Origin: Leucoraja ocellata
Lineage: Eukaryota
DNA: 64,000 bases
NCBI GenBank assembly: GCA_036785375.1
Contig: JAWMAR010000103.1
Coordinates: forward strand, 4,030,001-4,094,000
Direction of reading: 5' to 3'
The translations under genes and the position numbers were made by a program. The first letter of the stretch is position 1. The number at the start of each line of letters is the position of its first letter. Positions 37,954-50,427 of this stretch are shown here, in pieces. The notes under the pieces were generated by a model, which was given only the letters and a program-made list of their open reading frames with translations, did no database searches and was not told the origin of the DNA.

Positions 37954-38484
37954 ATTAAGGCTCAATAATATAAATTAATCATGGCATCCGCATGGCCTAA
38001 TTCTTGCAGTAACATCAATACCAACAGTTTACTTCTGACTTTTTTAGAATTTGATTCACTTTGGTTTACTAATTTTTCCCTAATGTGTTATATTTTGATT
38101 TTAATTTGATTAATTTAGAGAGGAATCTGGTTATTGCTCAAAATGGAGCCCTTCTTTGAAATAAATTTGATGAATATGGGTATGGCATTAATCCTGTAAA
38201 TTAGAGGTGTAACCTAATCACTCAGCATTTTAGGATCTAATCAGGGGCGAGAGGAATTCACAGAGGTGAATTCACCAAACATTAAAGGCTAAAACTAAAT
38301 TTCACTCACAATATTTAAAATAATCAATCAATACTCCCCATCACAATTCAACAAAAAAGGTTTCAATAGAGAAACCCTATTTGTAACTATGTGATCTATG
38401 GGGCCATATGTTGCATTAAACTGTTAAGAGATTTTTTCATTATTATTCTTTAGAAGCCCTGTAACCCACCTCAATTTTTACTTA

Positions 38485-38665
38485 GAACACAAAATGCTGG
38501 AGTAACTCAGCGGGTCACGCAGCATTTCTGGAGGACATAGATAGGCAGCATTTCAGGAGCCTTCTTCAGACTCCATGTTTTCCAGAAATGCTTCCCGATC
38601 CGCTGAATTACTCCAGCACATTGTGTTCTACGCAAGGTTCCAGCATCTGCAGTTCCTTGTGTCTC
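38485..38665. mobile_element. Palindromic Penelope-pLTR-derived mini-element
   Basis: TGCTGGAGTAACTCAGCGGGTC…GATCCGCTGAATTACTCCAGCA inverted arms. Confidence 0.7.
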
Positions 38666-38859
38666 AATTGTTACTGCTTGTCTCAAGATATAAGTTCTAA
38701 ATGTCATGCACGACATCAGCAGTTGACGTTTCAGAAGTGTCCAAAAACAGTAAAGTCCTGGAATCTGAGCTAAAAAACTTGGAATTAGTATCAGAAAGTA
38801 AAGACGGAGAAATGTTGCTAGGTTTTTTTTTAATGAGGGTTCTATCTTTTATGCAACAC

Positions 38860-39400
38860 AATGTAGACATATGGATAGGTGAAGTTTCATGTTGGGACCT
38901 TTCCTCAGACTGGTTGTGCTGGGGGGGGGGGGGGGGGGGGGGGGGGGGGATAGAAAGCTTGAAGAGAGGGGAAAGTGGGACAAAGCCTGATAAGTGATAA
39001 AATGTAGTTGAAGAAAGTTTTGGATTGACAGATGATTGGACAGAGGCCAGATATGAAAAGACAAAAGGTGTGAGTTTAGGCATTTACGGATAGAAGAGGC
39101 ATGAAATGTGAAGCCAGAGGAAGGAATATAGGTGGAAGGGGATAGGAAATATATAAATAAAAGCACTTCTAGGTGAGGCACACGGAAGAGAGGGGGGAGA
39201 AATGGAGGGGTGGGATTGTTTTTGTAGGTCTGTTATCTGAAATTGGATAATTTAATGTTCATACCATTGGATTGTAGCTACCCAAGCGGAAAATGAGATG
39301 TTGTTCCTCCAGTTCACATGTGCCCTCACTCTGGCAATGGAGGAGGCCCAGAACAATAATGAGAATGGGAAGGGGAGTTAAAATGGACAACAAGACTTCA
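38860..39400 (-). mobile_element. Penelope 3' fragment with poly-G tract
   Basis: Minus strand encodes …EEQHLIFRLGSYNPMV followed by UTR and a degenerate hammerhead. Confidence 0.75.
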
Positions 39401-39584
39401 ATAAGATTTCATTGGCTCTAAACTGGTTTAGGACATTTCAAGTTTTCGAATGGCACTATATTAATTGTATTGATAATTATTTGTTCTTTTGAGTTGAAAT
39501 TATAGCCCCTTACTTTCAAATTGCTTATGCAGGTTACAGCATGAAAGAATTGTTTTGAAGAGAAGTAGAAATCCAGAATATAGG

Positions 39585-39785
39585 ACCAGTGCTGGAGAAA
39601 CTTAACGGGCCAGGCAGCATCTCTCGAGAAAAATAAACGAGTGACGTTTTGGGTTGGAACCGTTTGCCAGACGGGAATTCCGACTAAAAATGTCACCAAT
39701 CCTCTTTCTCCAGACCCGCTGAGTTACTCCAGCACATTGTGTCTATCTTCGGCATAAGCCGGTATCTGCAGTTCCTGCTGACACA
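39585..39785. mobile_element. Palindromic Penelope-pLTR-derived mini-element
   Basis: GTGCTGGAGAAACTTAACGGG…CCCGCTGAGTTACTCCAGCAC inverted arms. Confidence 0.65.
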
Positions 39786-39919
39786 CTAGAAATCCAGTTA
39801 TGTGTTTGTTTAAAATAATGAGTTGGTTGGTCTTGGTTAAAGTAGAAGAGTGTGGGAGATGTCAATAGTAAAGCGACAAATAGTAACGCGCCAAGTGAAA
39901 AATCTACACTTGTTGCTTT

Positions 39920-40467
39920 ACCCTCCCCCCTTGACTCCACTCAAGGACACAAGCAGTCTGTCCAGGTGCGGCAGAGGTTCACCTGCACCTCCTCCAACCT
40001 CATCTATTGCATCTGCTGCTCTAGGTGTCAGCTGCTCTACATCGGTGAGACCAAGCGTAGGCTTGGCGATCGCTTCGCCCAACACCTCCGCTCGGTTCAG
40101 AATAACCAACCTGATCTCTCGGTGGCTCAGCACTTCAACTCCCCCTCCCATTCTGAATCTGACCTTTCTGTCCTGGGCCTCCTCCATGGCCAGAGTGAGG
40201 CCCACCGTAAATTGGAGGAGCAGCACCTCATATTTCGCTTGGGCAGTTTACACCCCAGCGGTATGAACATTGACTTATCTAATTTCAGATAGTTCTGGCT
40301 TTCTCCCCCTTCCCAGCTCTCCCTCAGCCCACTGTCTCCCGCCTCTTCCTTTCTTCTTCCCGCCCCCCACCCTCACATCAGTCTGAAGAAGGGTCTCAAC
40401 CCGAAACGTTGCTTCGCTCCATAGATTCTGCCTCACCCGCAGAGTTTCTCCAGCAATTTTGTCTACC
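39920..40467 (+). mobile_element. Penelope-like element 3' part: GIY-YIG endonuclease, UTR and hammerhead-bearing pLTR
   Basis: ORF to 40292: NLIYCICCSRCQLLYIGETKRRLGDRFAQHL…VAQHF…RKLEEQHLI…GMN. Confidence 0.92.
40380..40415 (+). ncRNA. Minimal hammerhead ribozyme motif in the Penelope pLTR
   Basis: CUGAAGA-A-GGGU-cuca-ACCC-GAAA-CGUU: hammerhead core boxes, 4-bp stem II and palindromic ACGU stem III. Confidence 0.7.
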
Positions 40468-41179
40468 TGGGAGATTTCAGAGTTATTTTGAGTATTTACT
40501 CAAATAACAAACATAAGACGTGACCACTCTTTAAAGTATCCAGTCCTCCTGTCATATAAGAAGCTTTCCAATAAACATATTATTATACATTGATCAAGGA
40601 GTAAACGAGATTTTATTATGGACTGTCTTCACTAGATTTGTTATTGACATTTTCCAATTCATGTGAACATTATAAAAAGCAATACCAAAGCAAACACACC
40701 ACCATCCCATCTGTTATGATGCATCTTGGTAGTAATTCGAACTTGGTCGATGGTCAAACAGGCATTTGCCAATCAATAGCCAGGCTCCACATCTCTGCTC
40801 ATGTCTGTGGCTATGAGTGGCATTGAGACAGTCTGGTAAAAGAGTTGACCATTTCCTAAAGGCTATTGCATATATCACATGAAAGTCAAAATTACATTGT
40901 ATGAATGGTACACATAGGAACAAAATGAAGAAGGGTATTCTGGCTCATCGGGTTCACCTTTTACATGGAGCATATAAGGCAGTCTGAGCCATTCCTTTCA
41001 TATCCTGAGGAAGGGTTCCTCTCTGTCTCCCCAAATGAACAAGTGGCAAGGATTCTCTAATGTCATAACTTCCATTATATAATCCTGGCCAGTTGCCTTC
41101 AACGGCTCAACGTTCCCATGGATCTATTAATGCAAACAGCATCTGCTTTATTTTATTGGCAAAAGGCTAAATGTTGGAG

Positions 41180-41400
41180 AACCCAGAGGGTGGTGAGTGC
41201 CTGGAATGTGGTGCCGGACGTGATGGTTGAGACAATTATGTTAGTGGCATTTAAAAAAACTCTTGGATAAGCATATGGATATGCAGGGAATGGAAGGATA
41301 TGGGATATGTGCAGATAGATAAGTGGTGGCTTTAGCATCATTCAGCAAGGGAATCATGAACCAAAGGGCCTGATTTTGTGTTGTACTGTTCTATGTTCTA
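41180..41400 (+). mobile_element. CR1 3' tail fragment
   Basis: AGAGGGTGGTGAGTGCCTGGAAT… ending in TGTTCTATGTTCTA. Confidence 0.7.
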
Positions 41401-41775
41401 TTAAACTTTTGTTAAACGATGTGATGTAATTCTTAGTTGGCTATGTACACTTGCCAACTTATATTGATGACATAATATCGTAAACTTTCCCAGTTTTCCC
41501 AGGAAGGACAAAGGAGGGCCTGGCCTGGGGGCATCGCTGTGAGGGAGTGGGAAGAACAATGGAGAACCCGGCATGAGGGGACCACCGTGAGAGAGGGGGG
41601 GAAGAGGGGAGAGAACAATGGACAATGGGGACCTGGCGTGGGGGGAACCACTGTGAGGGGGGGGGGGAGAACAAAGGGGGGCCTGGATACCGTGTATACT
41701 TCGTAACTTTGTAAGTGCCTTGTTTGTGGTGAATATGCATACCTTAGGTATGCAAGCCAAGAATTTCACTGTGTA

Positions 41776-41960
41776 GTAATAATAATAATTCTAATAATGC
41801 ATTTTATTTATGGGCGCCTTTCAGGACTCTCAACGACACCTTACAGTCAAAACAAGCATGAAGCAAAAACAACATATACAGCAACAATACACAATTCGGA
41901 GAGAGAGCAGCGGCAGCCAATCGCCCCAGCGTTCACTCTCACCTCCAGCAGCCATGTTTT
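41776..41960 (-). mobile_element. L2-type 3' tail fragment
   Basis: (TAA)n plus ATTTTATTTATGGGCGCCTTTCA…GACACCTTAC, shared with 10068-10135. Confidence 0.65.
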
Positions 41961-42104
41961 CATTGTTCATAGTTCATTATTCATTGTTCACTGTAAAGTA
42001 TTCATTCATTTCTTGAAATTGTGCTGTAATCAATATCCAATGACACTAGTGAGGCGATACAAAGAGTCAGCAGTCACAAGAGAGTGCAAATGAAAAACAG
42101 ATAG

Positions 42105-42995
42105 AAGAACATGGCTGATTAAGCAGCTTCTGTGAAGGCAAATGGATGGTTGATATTTTGGGTTGAGGACTGAGGATATAGAGGGAAAGATAGCTGGTGT
42201 ACAGAAGTGAGAGGGATGGACAAGATAGAGACTGGGAAGAGGAAAACCACAGTTGGAAACAAGCTTTGGAGGATGATGGCCAGGTAGAATCTGAACAAAT
42301 TTTGAGACAGACATTGTTAGGTTAGATGATAGAAACAGATGAACCTCCTTGAACCAAATCTTTTGTATTCAGCTCATACAATGGGCCCCCTCTATATTGG
42401 CGAGACTAAGCACAGACTGCATCAATGTTTTGCCGGACATGTTTTGTGTTTTGTCTGCAATGGTCATCTTGAGCATTTAGTTGTATGTCATTTCTATTCC
42501 CCTTCCCATGGCTACACCAACTCGTATTTCCTTGGCCTTCTTCACTGCTGTGGTTGAGGCCAAACGCAAACTAGAAGAACATTTCATATTCTACTGTGTG
42601 GCCTACAACATCAAATTATCCAATTTCAATTAACCCACCTCCTTGTGTTCCTTGCCCACTCCCACCAGTCTACTAGGTTCTCTCTCTTTTCCATTCCTTT
42701 CCCCCAATTTACCTATTTCCATCTGTCCATCACTCACACATATATACACACATATAATTTCTCCTTTGGTTCACCTATCCTATCTCCTCTCCCACCTCGC
42801 TTCATCATCCCTCCTTTAACTAGTCCACTGACAATCTACCAGCCTCTGTCTCACATCTCCCTCCCACTAGTATTCATTGCCCCTCTTCTCTCTACACTCT
42901 CACTCTTGGTGTAGAATCTCAATCTGAAGTGTTGACCATCATTCTACTCCTCTGATGGTGCTTGATCTGCTGAGTTCTTCCAGCAGTTTGTTTAT
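42105..42995 (+). mobile_element. Old Penelope fragment (GIY-YIG remnant) with an inverted 5' pLTR
   Basis: PLYIGETKHRL…VVCHF…FLGLLHC; pLTR-like sequence in opposite orientation at 42105-42180 and 42915-42995. Confidence 0.65.
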
Positions 42996-43215
42996 TAATG
43001 TAAAGAACAAGTTTTTCAAAACACTGCCTGCAGGAATCACTCAGAAACATAGATGCAATGGTCAGAAAATTAGCTTGCTAGGTCTCAGTAATGGAGTTCA
43101 AGATATTTCTTATGGAGCAATGGATCAAGAAGCCTGTTTGAGCCATTTCAATAAAGAGCAGAAAAGGAACTAACCTCTGACAGTGGAGTGTCCTCAGTGG
43201 AGTAACCTCAGACAG

Positions 43216-43311
43216 AGTCTGAAGAAGGGTCTCAACCTGAAACGTTGCCTATTTCCTTCATTCCATAGATGCTGCCTCACCTGCTGAGTTTCTCCAGCAT
43301 TTATGTCTACC
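43216..43311 (+). mobile_element. 96-bp hammerhead-headed Penelope pLTR insertion with 13-bp TSD
   Basis: TAACCTCAGACAG (43203-43215) and TAACTTCAGACAG (43312-43324); begins AGTCTGAAGAAGGGTCTCAACCTGAAACGTT. Confidence 0.8.
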
Positions 43312-43869
43312 TAACTTCAGACAGTAATGACATTTCCAGCATGACCATTGAAGGTAACGAATTGCAGATATCTTCATAACTTTACATCATAACTTGTTTC
43401 TGAACAAATGTTGCTGAAAAATGCTCTTGGATTCTGGGAACAGTCTGAAACAATGACAATGGCCTTTCATTTTTCAACCCTTTTTACTCCTCAGGAAGTC
43501 TGATCGAAAATGGATACAAAGGAGTCCTGATCTGCAAAATTTCACATGCGGCTGGGCTTGTGAGAAGTCTTCAAGATACATCTGACATTCATGTCTCCTT
43601 CTACTCCATCAAGTTAAAGTTATGTGTCAGGCTGGCATTTGGTGTGTAGGTGACCAACCTGAAAATGCGTACCTTCATGTATAGTCTTTCCGCTGACAGG
43701 TTAGCATGCAACATTCACCGTAGCTCAGTACACATGACAATAAACAAAACTCAAAACCTCAAACTAAAACCCTCCCTTCTTGTCTTGGACAAAAGCAACA
43801 CCTTTTGTGGTTATTATTTCAGTGTTTCCCTTCTTACAGCCCTGGGTTTAAGACCCTCCTGTCTCTCCA

Positions 43870-44235
43870 GCCTCACCTCCGGTCACTCCCTTTTCTCTCC
43901 TCTCTCATCAGGCAGGAGATACAGATGTTTGAAAGTGCATAACTCCAGATTTAGGAACAGTTTCTTCCTAGCAGGCAATTGAACCGTCCTCTCATCAGCT
44001 AGAGTTCGGCCCCGACCCCCTATCGACCTCATTGAAGACTTCTAAACATTCTTTAACCAGACTTTATTGGACTTCAATGTTATATCTTTGCACTAAATGC
44101 TGTACCCTTTTTCTTTACCCTGTGGATTGCTTGATTGTATTCATGTGAAGTCTTTTTTGGACTGGAGAGCACGCAAACAAGCGCTTTTATCTACGTATCG
44201 GTACTTATGACAAAAAAATAAACAAAGTTCATAGA
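43870..44235 (+). mobile_element. Rex1/Babar 3' fragment
   Basis: GHSLFSPLSSGRRYRCLK…SRFRNSFF followed by 3' UTR. Confidence 0.75.
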
Positions 44236-46604
44236 ACTACCTGCCCCTTCTCCATCCAAGCACTTGACTCTTGTCCTTGTAGAGCTGGTCTTCCAACCTT
44301 TCTGTGGCGCAGACATAGAAAAGTCAACTCTGATTTCAATGGAGTGATGCTTACTTTTCGAAACCAGAAAATAAGTTAACATTAAGGCAAGGAAAAACAC
44401 TTTAACACTCAAAGTGAACATTTTCCTAGTTGCCTAAAATAAGCCCCTGAGATATCCCTTTCTGCGAAACAAAGAACACGACCATTCAAGACATAGAACA
44501 GGTGAGCCACACTCCAAGATGCCTGGCAACATAGAACAAAGACATGCTAAAATTATGCGGAATTAAATTGTGATATTATCCATGCAAAATTCTGCAGCGG
44601 TTTTTAGTTGATCCCATGCCAGCGAACTACAGGCCGCTGGACGATGCTCATCCAAAGCAATTCTTTTTCAGAACAGGTGTTTATCATGTCTCTGGCTGTT
44701 CTGTTTACGTAACCCTTGTTAAAGTTGGAAGAGAAAGAAAAATTACCTAGCCTATTGTAAACAGAGCACGTTACATTAAACATTCAAATAAAAGGTCACA
44801 AGATGAGTCATAAAGTAAATATTTGTTCTGCTGCTTGTTCAGAGCCAAGCTTGCCATCATCACTTCTGTATTGCTTTATATTATGATGGACTTTAGATGG
44901 CAGAGTGCTTAGAGCAAGAGAAGCTATGGTCAAGATGTTAAATTATGTGTAATATGCAGTTGGTGAGTAGTTCTGGCAACGTGTGAGGTCTCGCGTGCAG
45001 GATGAGTGTTGGCAATCAGTTTCAGCTGAAGAGTGGAATTGGCATTTTGACCAACTCCATCTAGTTCCAATTGCCGACAATTTCCATTTGATTTTTTTTT
45101 TATAACTTTCCTGACAAACAATCATGAATAGGAGCCTTTTTTCATGGGAAGACAATCTTTTATTATGACAGAACTGGAGCCAGGGATTCCTTTAAAGAAG
45201 AGGCCTTCTAAAGTAGAGAACAGTCTGTACATGCAGAAGAAAAATGACACAGCTTATAAGGTAAGATTTACTGACCTGATGGTTCTTGAGATTTAACCCT
45301 TAATCCTACATTAGTATTGAGTCCCAATGGCCAATAATTTTAGCAAATATGCAACAGAGCAAAAATCGCAGAAAAAATCACTCCACTAACAATAAATACA
45401 TCTTCTGTCATTTACTTATCCCGGATTTGACAAACAGCCAAATCTCATCCAAACTGAAGCTAAGATGGCTAAGATATAGACACAAACAGACTTCTATATA
45501 AACCAAAAAGGGTCAATGTCTATAATAATAAGTTTTAGGGAACTATTGTATAAGATAGCTTATTTGGAATAAGTTAGTTTTTATTCATTTCCATTAAAAG
45601 CAGAGAATAAAAGATTTAATTGTTTTAGTATTCAACTTGTGAGACAAAGTATTTGAATCAGCAAAACACATTTGAAATGATCACTGACTTTTAGAACTAA
45701 CTCTGTTTCAAATATTTTGGAGATGGTTGATTTTACATTATAAAAAGCATGCTTAAGCATCAAGAATATTATTTTTTCAATAGTTAGTGTAAACTCTCAG
45801 CCCATAATACCATAAGACAGTACTTCGTAAACTGGTGAATGGTTCACACAAGGGCAAATTAAATTATTTTGGGGTGAATTAAACTAGAGGGGTGAATGAA
45901 GGGTGAATGACTTAATTTATTCATATATTTTTTTTTTTCTATACTTATAAAAGGCATTGCCATTAAAGTGGTTAGTGAGCTCTTTTTGGTTTTAATGGCA
46001 GTGGAGCTGGAAATCAGATTTTTTTTTCCTCTTTACCAATGTTTTTTTAATTTCAAAGTAGCAGGATATTTCCCAAATTTACTGTAATATAACCTTTTAG
46101 GGAAGATCAGACAAGCTAGTGGGATCATAAATGTATAAATGACAACACTGGAGGATCACCGTAGGCAACTTTTGAACTATAATTTTATTTTGTGTTGCCA
46201 ATTTACATACTCCACTAGCTGTTTTGAGCTAGTTTTCCAAGAAAAAACTGCAAAAAATCAAAGCCCGAAAGTGTAGGATGTTTAGACGTCGGAATGGTTT
46301 TTCATCATTCTAACAGAATGATTTTCCAACTCCAGTGGTAATTAAACTTATTTTTTTTTTCATTCCTAGTTTTCTTTACATATTTTTAGGATGTTCAAAA
46401 AGTTGAATAAAATAAACACTTAAGAAATTAGATAATTTAAGTTTTTTTCTCATGTGACAAAATCAATGATATATAAAATTATACACTAGGAGAATAAGAC
46501 AAAAAATTACCAAAAAACATAAGAAAATATAGTCAAGGGTGAATGAAATTTTGTGATAAAGTCTCAAGGGTGAATGACACTGAAGTAGTTTAAGAAGCAC
46601 TGCC

Positions 46605-47060
46605 ATAAGACACAGGAGCAGAAGTAGGCCATTTGTCTGATCGCGTCTGCTCCACCATTTGATCAAGGCTGATCTATTTTTCCCTTTCAACCCCATTCTC
46701 CTGCCTCCTCCCCATAATCTTACTAACCAAGAACCTATTAATCTCCACTTTAAAAATACCCAATGACTTGGTCTCCACAGCCGACTGTGGCAAAGAATTC
46801 CACGGATTCATCACCCTCAGACTAAAGGAATTCCACCTCATCTCCATTCTAAAGGTATACTGAGGCTGTGCCTTCTGGTCCCAGACTCTCCCACTACTGG
46901 AAACATCCTCTCCACATTCACTCTATAAAGGCCTTTCATTAGTTGGTAGGTTTCAATGAGATTACCCCCTCATCCTTCTAAACTTTCAGCGAGTACAGGC
47001 CCAGAGCCAGCAAATGCTCCTCTTACGCTAACCCAATCATCCCTGGGATCATTCTCATAA
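46605..47060 (-). mobile_element. CR1 3' fragment
   Basis: Homologous to 17720-18200. Confidence 0.8.
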
Positions 47061-47920
47061 AGAATTGTTAGAATTATATTACATTTCCGGAAAAACCACA
47101 TCAGCTGTTTAGCAAGGCAGATATTGTCAAGTTTTCTCTTACCTCAGTTTTGATGATTGCTTCTCCCTCAACAGATGCTGCCTGACCTGCTGAGCATTTC
47201 CCACATTTTGCTTTTTTTTCTTCAGATTTCAAACATCTGCAGTATTTTGCTTTTGAAATATGGTCGAGACTCAGCTTGAAAACTTCCCACAGATTCATTC
47301 GCTATGCCTAAGAGAAACAGTTTTATTGAGGCTAAGTTGTTGACTCACGTCATGAAGGTGGGGGAGAACTGACCATTTTAAAATGTTGTTTGATGCAACA
47401 AACCAAACCACTATCTGGAGAAAAAAAACAACCCTGCCCAGCTTAATAGCATTTTCTGACAAAGCAAATTGATCTGGGAAGTTTATGTTAAGTCTCAGAT
47501 GTGAAATTAATACAAGATCCAGCGATAAAGCAATTTAACATACATGCAATTAAAATAACTTTCTGGCCTAAATGATGTGTAATGAGGTCCCATTTATAAA
47601 AAGGACTTTCTTCCACTGAACATTATGTCACTACTTTATATTGCAACGGTATTAAAATATGCCAGGTAAAGTAATTTTGTTCTTGAGAGTGCCAAATGTG
47701 AAACTTCTTCACACATGTTGTAGAATAGTCACGATTTAATTCTGATTATTGTAAGTTCACACTAGTGTGGATACTAATGTTATAATATGTACATTTTAGT
47801 CTTGAAATTGTTGAGTATTTAATGGACTGGATGTCTAAGAAATTGCACACTACATCTTTTACTTTCTGATTTCTCTTTCTGACGTATCTATTTTGCAGAA
47901 AACGAAGATATGCAACTGTT

Positions 47921-48091
47921 TAAGAAGGAACTGCAGATGCTGGAAAAATCGAAAGCAGACAAAAAATGCTGGAGACACTCAGCGGGTGAGGCAGCATCTA
48001 GGGAGAAAAAGAATAGGCGAAGTTTCAGGTCGAGACCCTTCTTCAGTCTGAAGAAGGGTCTCGACCCGAAATGTCGCCTATTCCTTTTCTC
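47921..48091. mobile_element. 171-bp palindromic double-hammerhead Penelope-derived insertion with 18-bp TSD
   Basis: CGAAGATATGCAACTGTT at 47903-47920 and 48092-48109; palindrome centred at 48047. Confidence 0.88.
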
Positions 48092-48699
48092 CGAAGATAT
48101 GCAACTGTTCAGCCATTAGGTTTTTGGGGTAGAACCCTGTTAGCAGTGACCTATTGGAATTAAACAGTTGGAATGCTGTCATTGCCAAATGCAAGTATTT
48201 GTGTTTGATGTTCTTTGGTCCACTGTGGGCTGTCGTCTCTCGGAAACAAAGATTTTTGTACCCAAGTTCCATTCTCTTTCCACGCTGACAATTGACTGGA
48301 TCATTGAGGGAACATTGTACAATTGCAATCAGTCGAGCACCTGCCCCTGTTCAAAATTCAACCATCTATCACTTACCATTGAAGTAAGTAAAAGAGATAA
48401 ACATGGTTTGTGAGACTTTGCCTTGTATACTTGTTGTCTGCTTCATTTGCCTGCTAATAAACAGTGTACTTAAAAAAAAACATTGGTTACTGTAATGTAA
48501 TGCTCTTACATCTGCCAAGAAACTGAGGCCACCAGTTCATGAGATCATCACTTCGTATATCTTTAATATTGTATTCAATAATGTGGCGATTTATAACTTA
48601 GAGGCAAAAAGCTACAGTTAGTTCTGCTACAACGTGTGTTTCCATAAGATTAATTGGATGGAAAGCGAGTGATAAATTTGGAGACGCCATTTCCATTTG

Positions 48700-48935
48700 A
48701 CACAAAAGACTGCAAATGCCGATATGCAAAAAAAGGTACAAAGTAATGGAGTAACTCAAATGGTCAGGCAGCATTTCGGGAGAACATGGATAGGCATCAT
48801 TTCAGGTCAGGACTCTTTTTCAGGACCCAATTCTAAGTCTGAAGAAGGGTGCCAACCTGAAGCATCACCTGATCACCTATCCATGTACTTCAGAGATGCT
48901 GCCTGACCTGTTGAGTTACTCCAGCACTTTGTGAT
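48700..48935. mobile_element. Degenerate palindromic Penelope-pLTR mini-element
   Basis: GGAGTAACTCAAATGGTCAGGCAGCAT…ATGCTGCCTGACCTGTTGAGTTACTCC. Confidence 0.65.
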
Positions 48936-50427
48936 TATTTACATTACACAGGCTAAATTGGCTTTAACATGATTTTGATCAGGAACTAGCGAACCTTAAA
49001 AACTACTTTGGAAATTGGTAAGCAGAAAAATAACTGTATTGGAACTAGACAGTGTAGAGGGAAAAAAAGTTTCCATATAACCACCCTATAGTTATCAGGC
49101 ACCATTGTCTCTTTAGAACACAACCTGTCAGTTTCATCACAAATAGCCATTGAAACTGGCTTGATAACTTCTATTGGTACATGTACAATGATACTCTATT
49201 AACCAATGTAGCATACAGCCTTCAGTATTTTTAGTTTGGAGTAACAAAAATAAACGTATAACTTTAAAAAAGATCTTTAGTTTTGAAAATGCTGCAGGGA
49301 AAAATAACTGTTTTTGTGGTTCGGTAACTCCCGAGCTCCTGGCCATCTTTCCCCATTGACACAATTGGGTTTATAACGTGATTTTCTATAACACAAGGTT
49401 TCTTAAGAAGGCAACCATCACATTATCACAAAGCCACCTGTATGACATTATAAGATAACATTTTGTTGTAACTACCCAAATGGGAAAGAACCTAGTACTA
49501 TTATTTAGTCTGGCTTATATAAGATTCCAATCTTCACCTTCAATTTTCTGTCCTTCCTATCAATGGTCTATCATGCTGAAATGATGAAGCATGTGAAATT
49601 TGGTCACCGGATGCACTAATTTATCTAATTTTGATTCTATAGTCCTCTGTAGAGTTGCCTGGAGGAGGTGATTGATACGCATGTAAATGTTTGGATGTAA
49701 GATGCCAGATGCGATTCCTCCTCAGTACTTTTGTTTGGCGTAGAAAAGTTCATAAAATGACAGGCCCTCACCCAAACCCTACATCAGTGGTCTGTTTTAC
49801 TTTAATCTGCTGATGGGCACTTGGAATCTGCACACTCTACAAAATATTGGCTGGGCCAGGGAAATTTACTCGTCGAAGTCTAATGTCTATCCTCTTAATG
49901 TCAGTGCAGATAAAGAGTTAGAGTTTTATCACAATAACAGATCAATGCCAGAGATCCATATTCGCATTTGATATGTTTTTTACAGTCTTTCAATCACTAC
50001 TCACGTGCACTTACCATAAAAGAGCCGCTGCCTACTTTTGGACAAAAAAATAAATCTGTGTAAACTTGAAAATGTGTTTGTTTTTTCAGTAATCTATTCA
50101 ACTGGGTATTTAAAAAATCTTAAATTTCATTTCAATTATTTTATGTGAAAGAAACTGACACTTGCTGCATAGTTTTGCAAGAGGATATGGCAAAGATTGA
50201 TTACTGACTGAATGTAAACAGTTAAGTAATAGTCAAACAGTGTGCACTTTTCCATATATATTATAATCATCCGTTCTTAGGTTATTACTGAGAGAATAAA
50301 CTGAAATATAGATTCACAAATTTTACTGGGCAAACAAGCCATTTGGCCAATTGTGTCTGCGAGCTGCCTACTGTGTCATGTCATCCTGAATATCAACGTT
50401 TTAAATATTCCTCTATCAAGTTATTGT

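Noticed and set aside
39853-40479. TGGGAGAT(G/T)TCA as TSD of the Penelope fragment
   Set aside because: The left copy lies ~55 bp from where Penelope homology starts; may be chance.
43495-43650. Possible exon after a polypyrimidine-CAG acceptor
   Set aside because: The translation is unrecognised and there is no convincing partner exon.
45140-45266. Possible host exon ending at AAG|GTAAGA
   Set aside because: Good donor site but no recognisable protein or supported acceptor.
49080-49442. Tigger-like MITE
   Set aside because: Only a right-end-like CCTG|TA is visible; the left TIR could not be identified.
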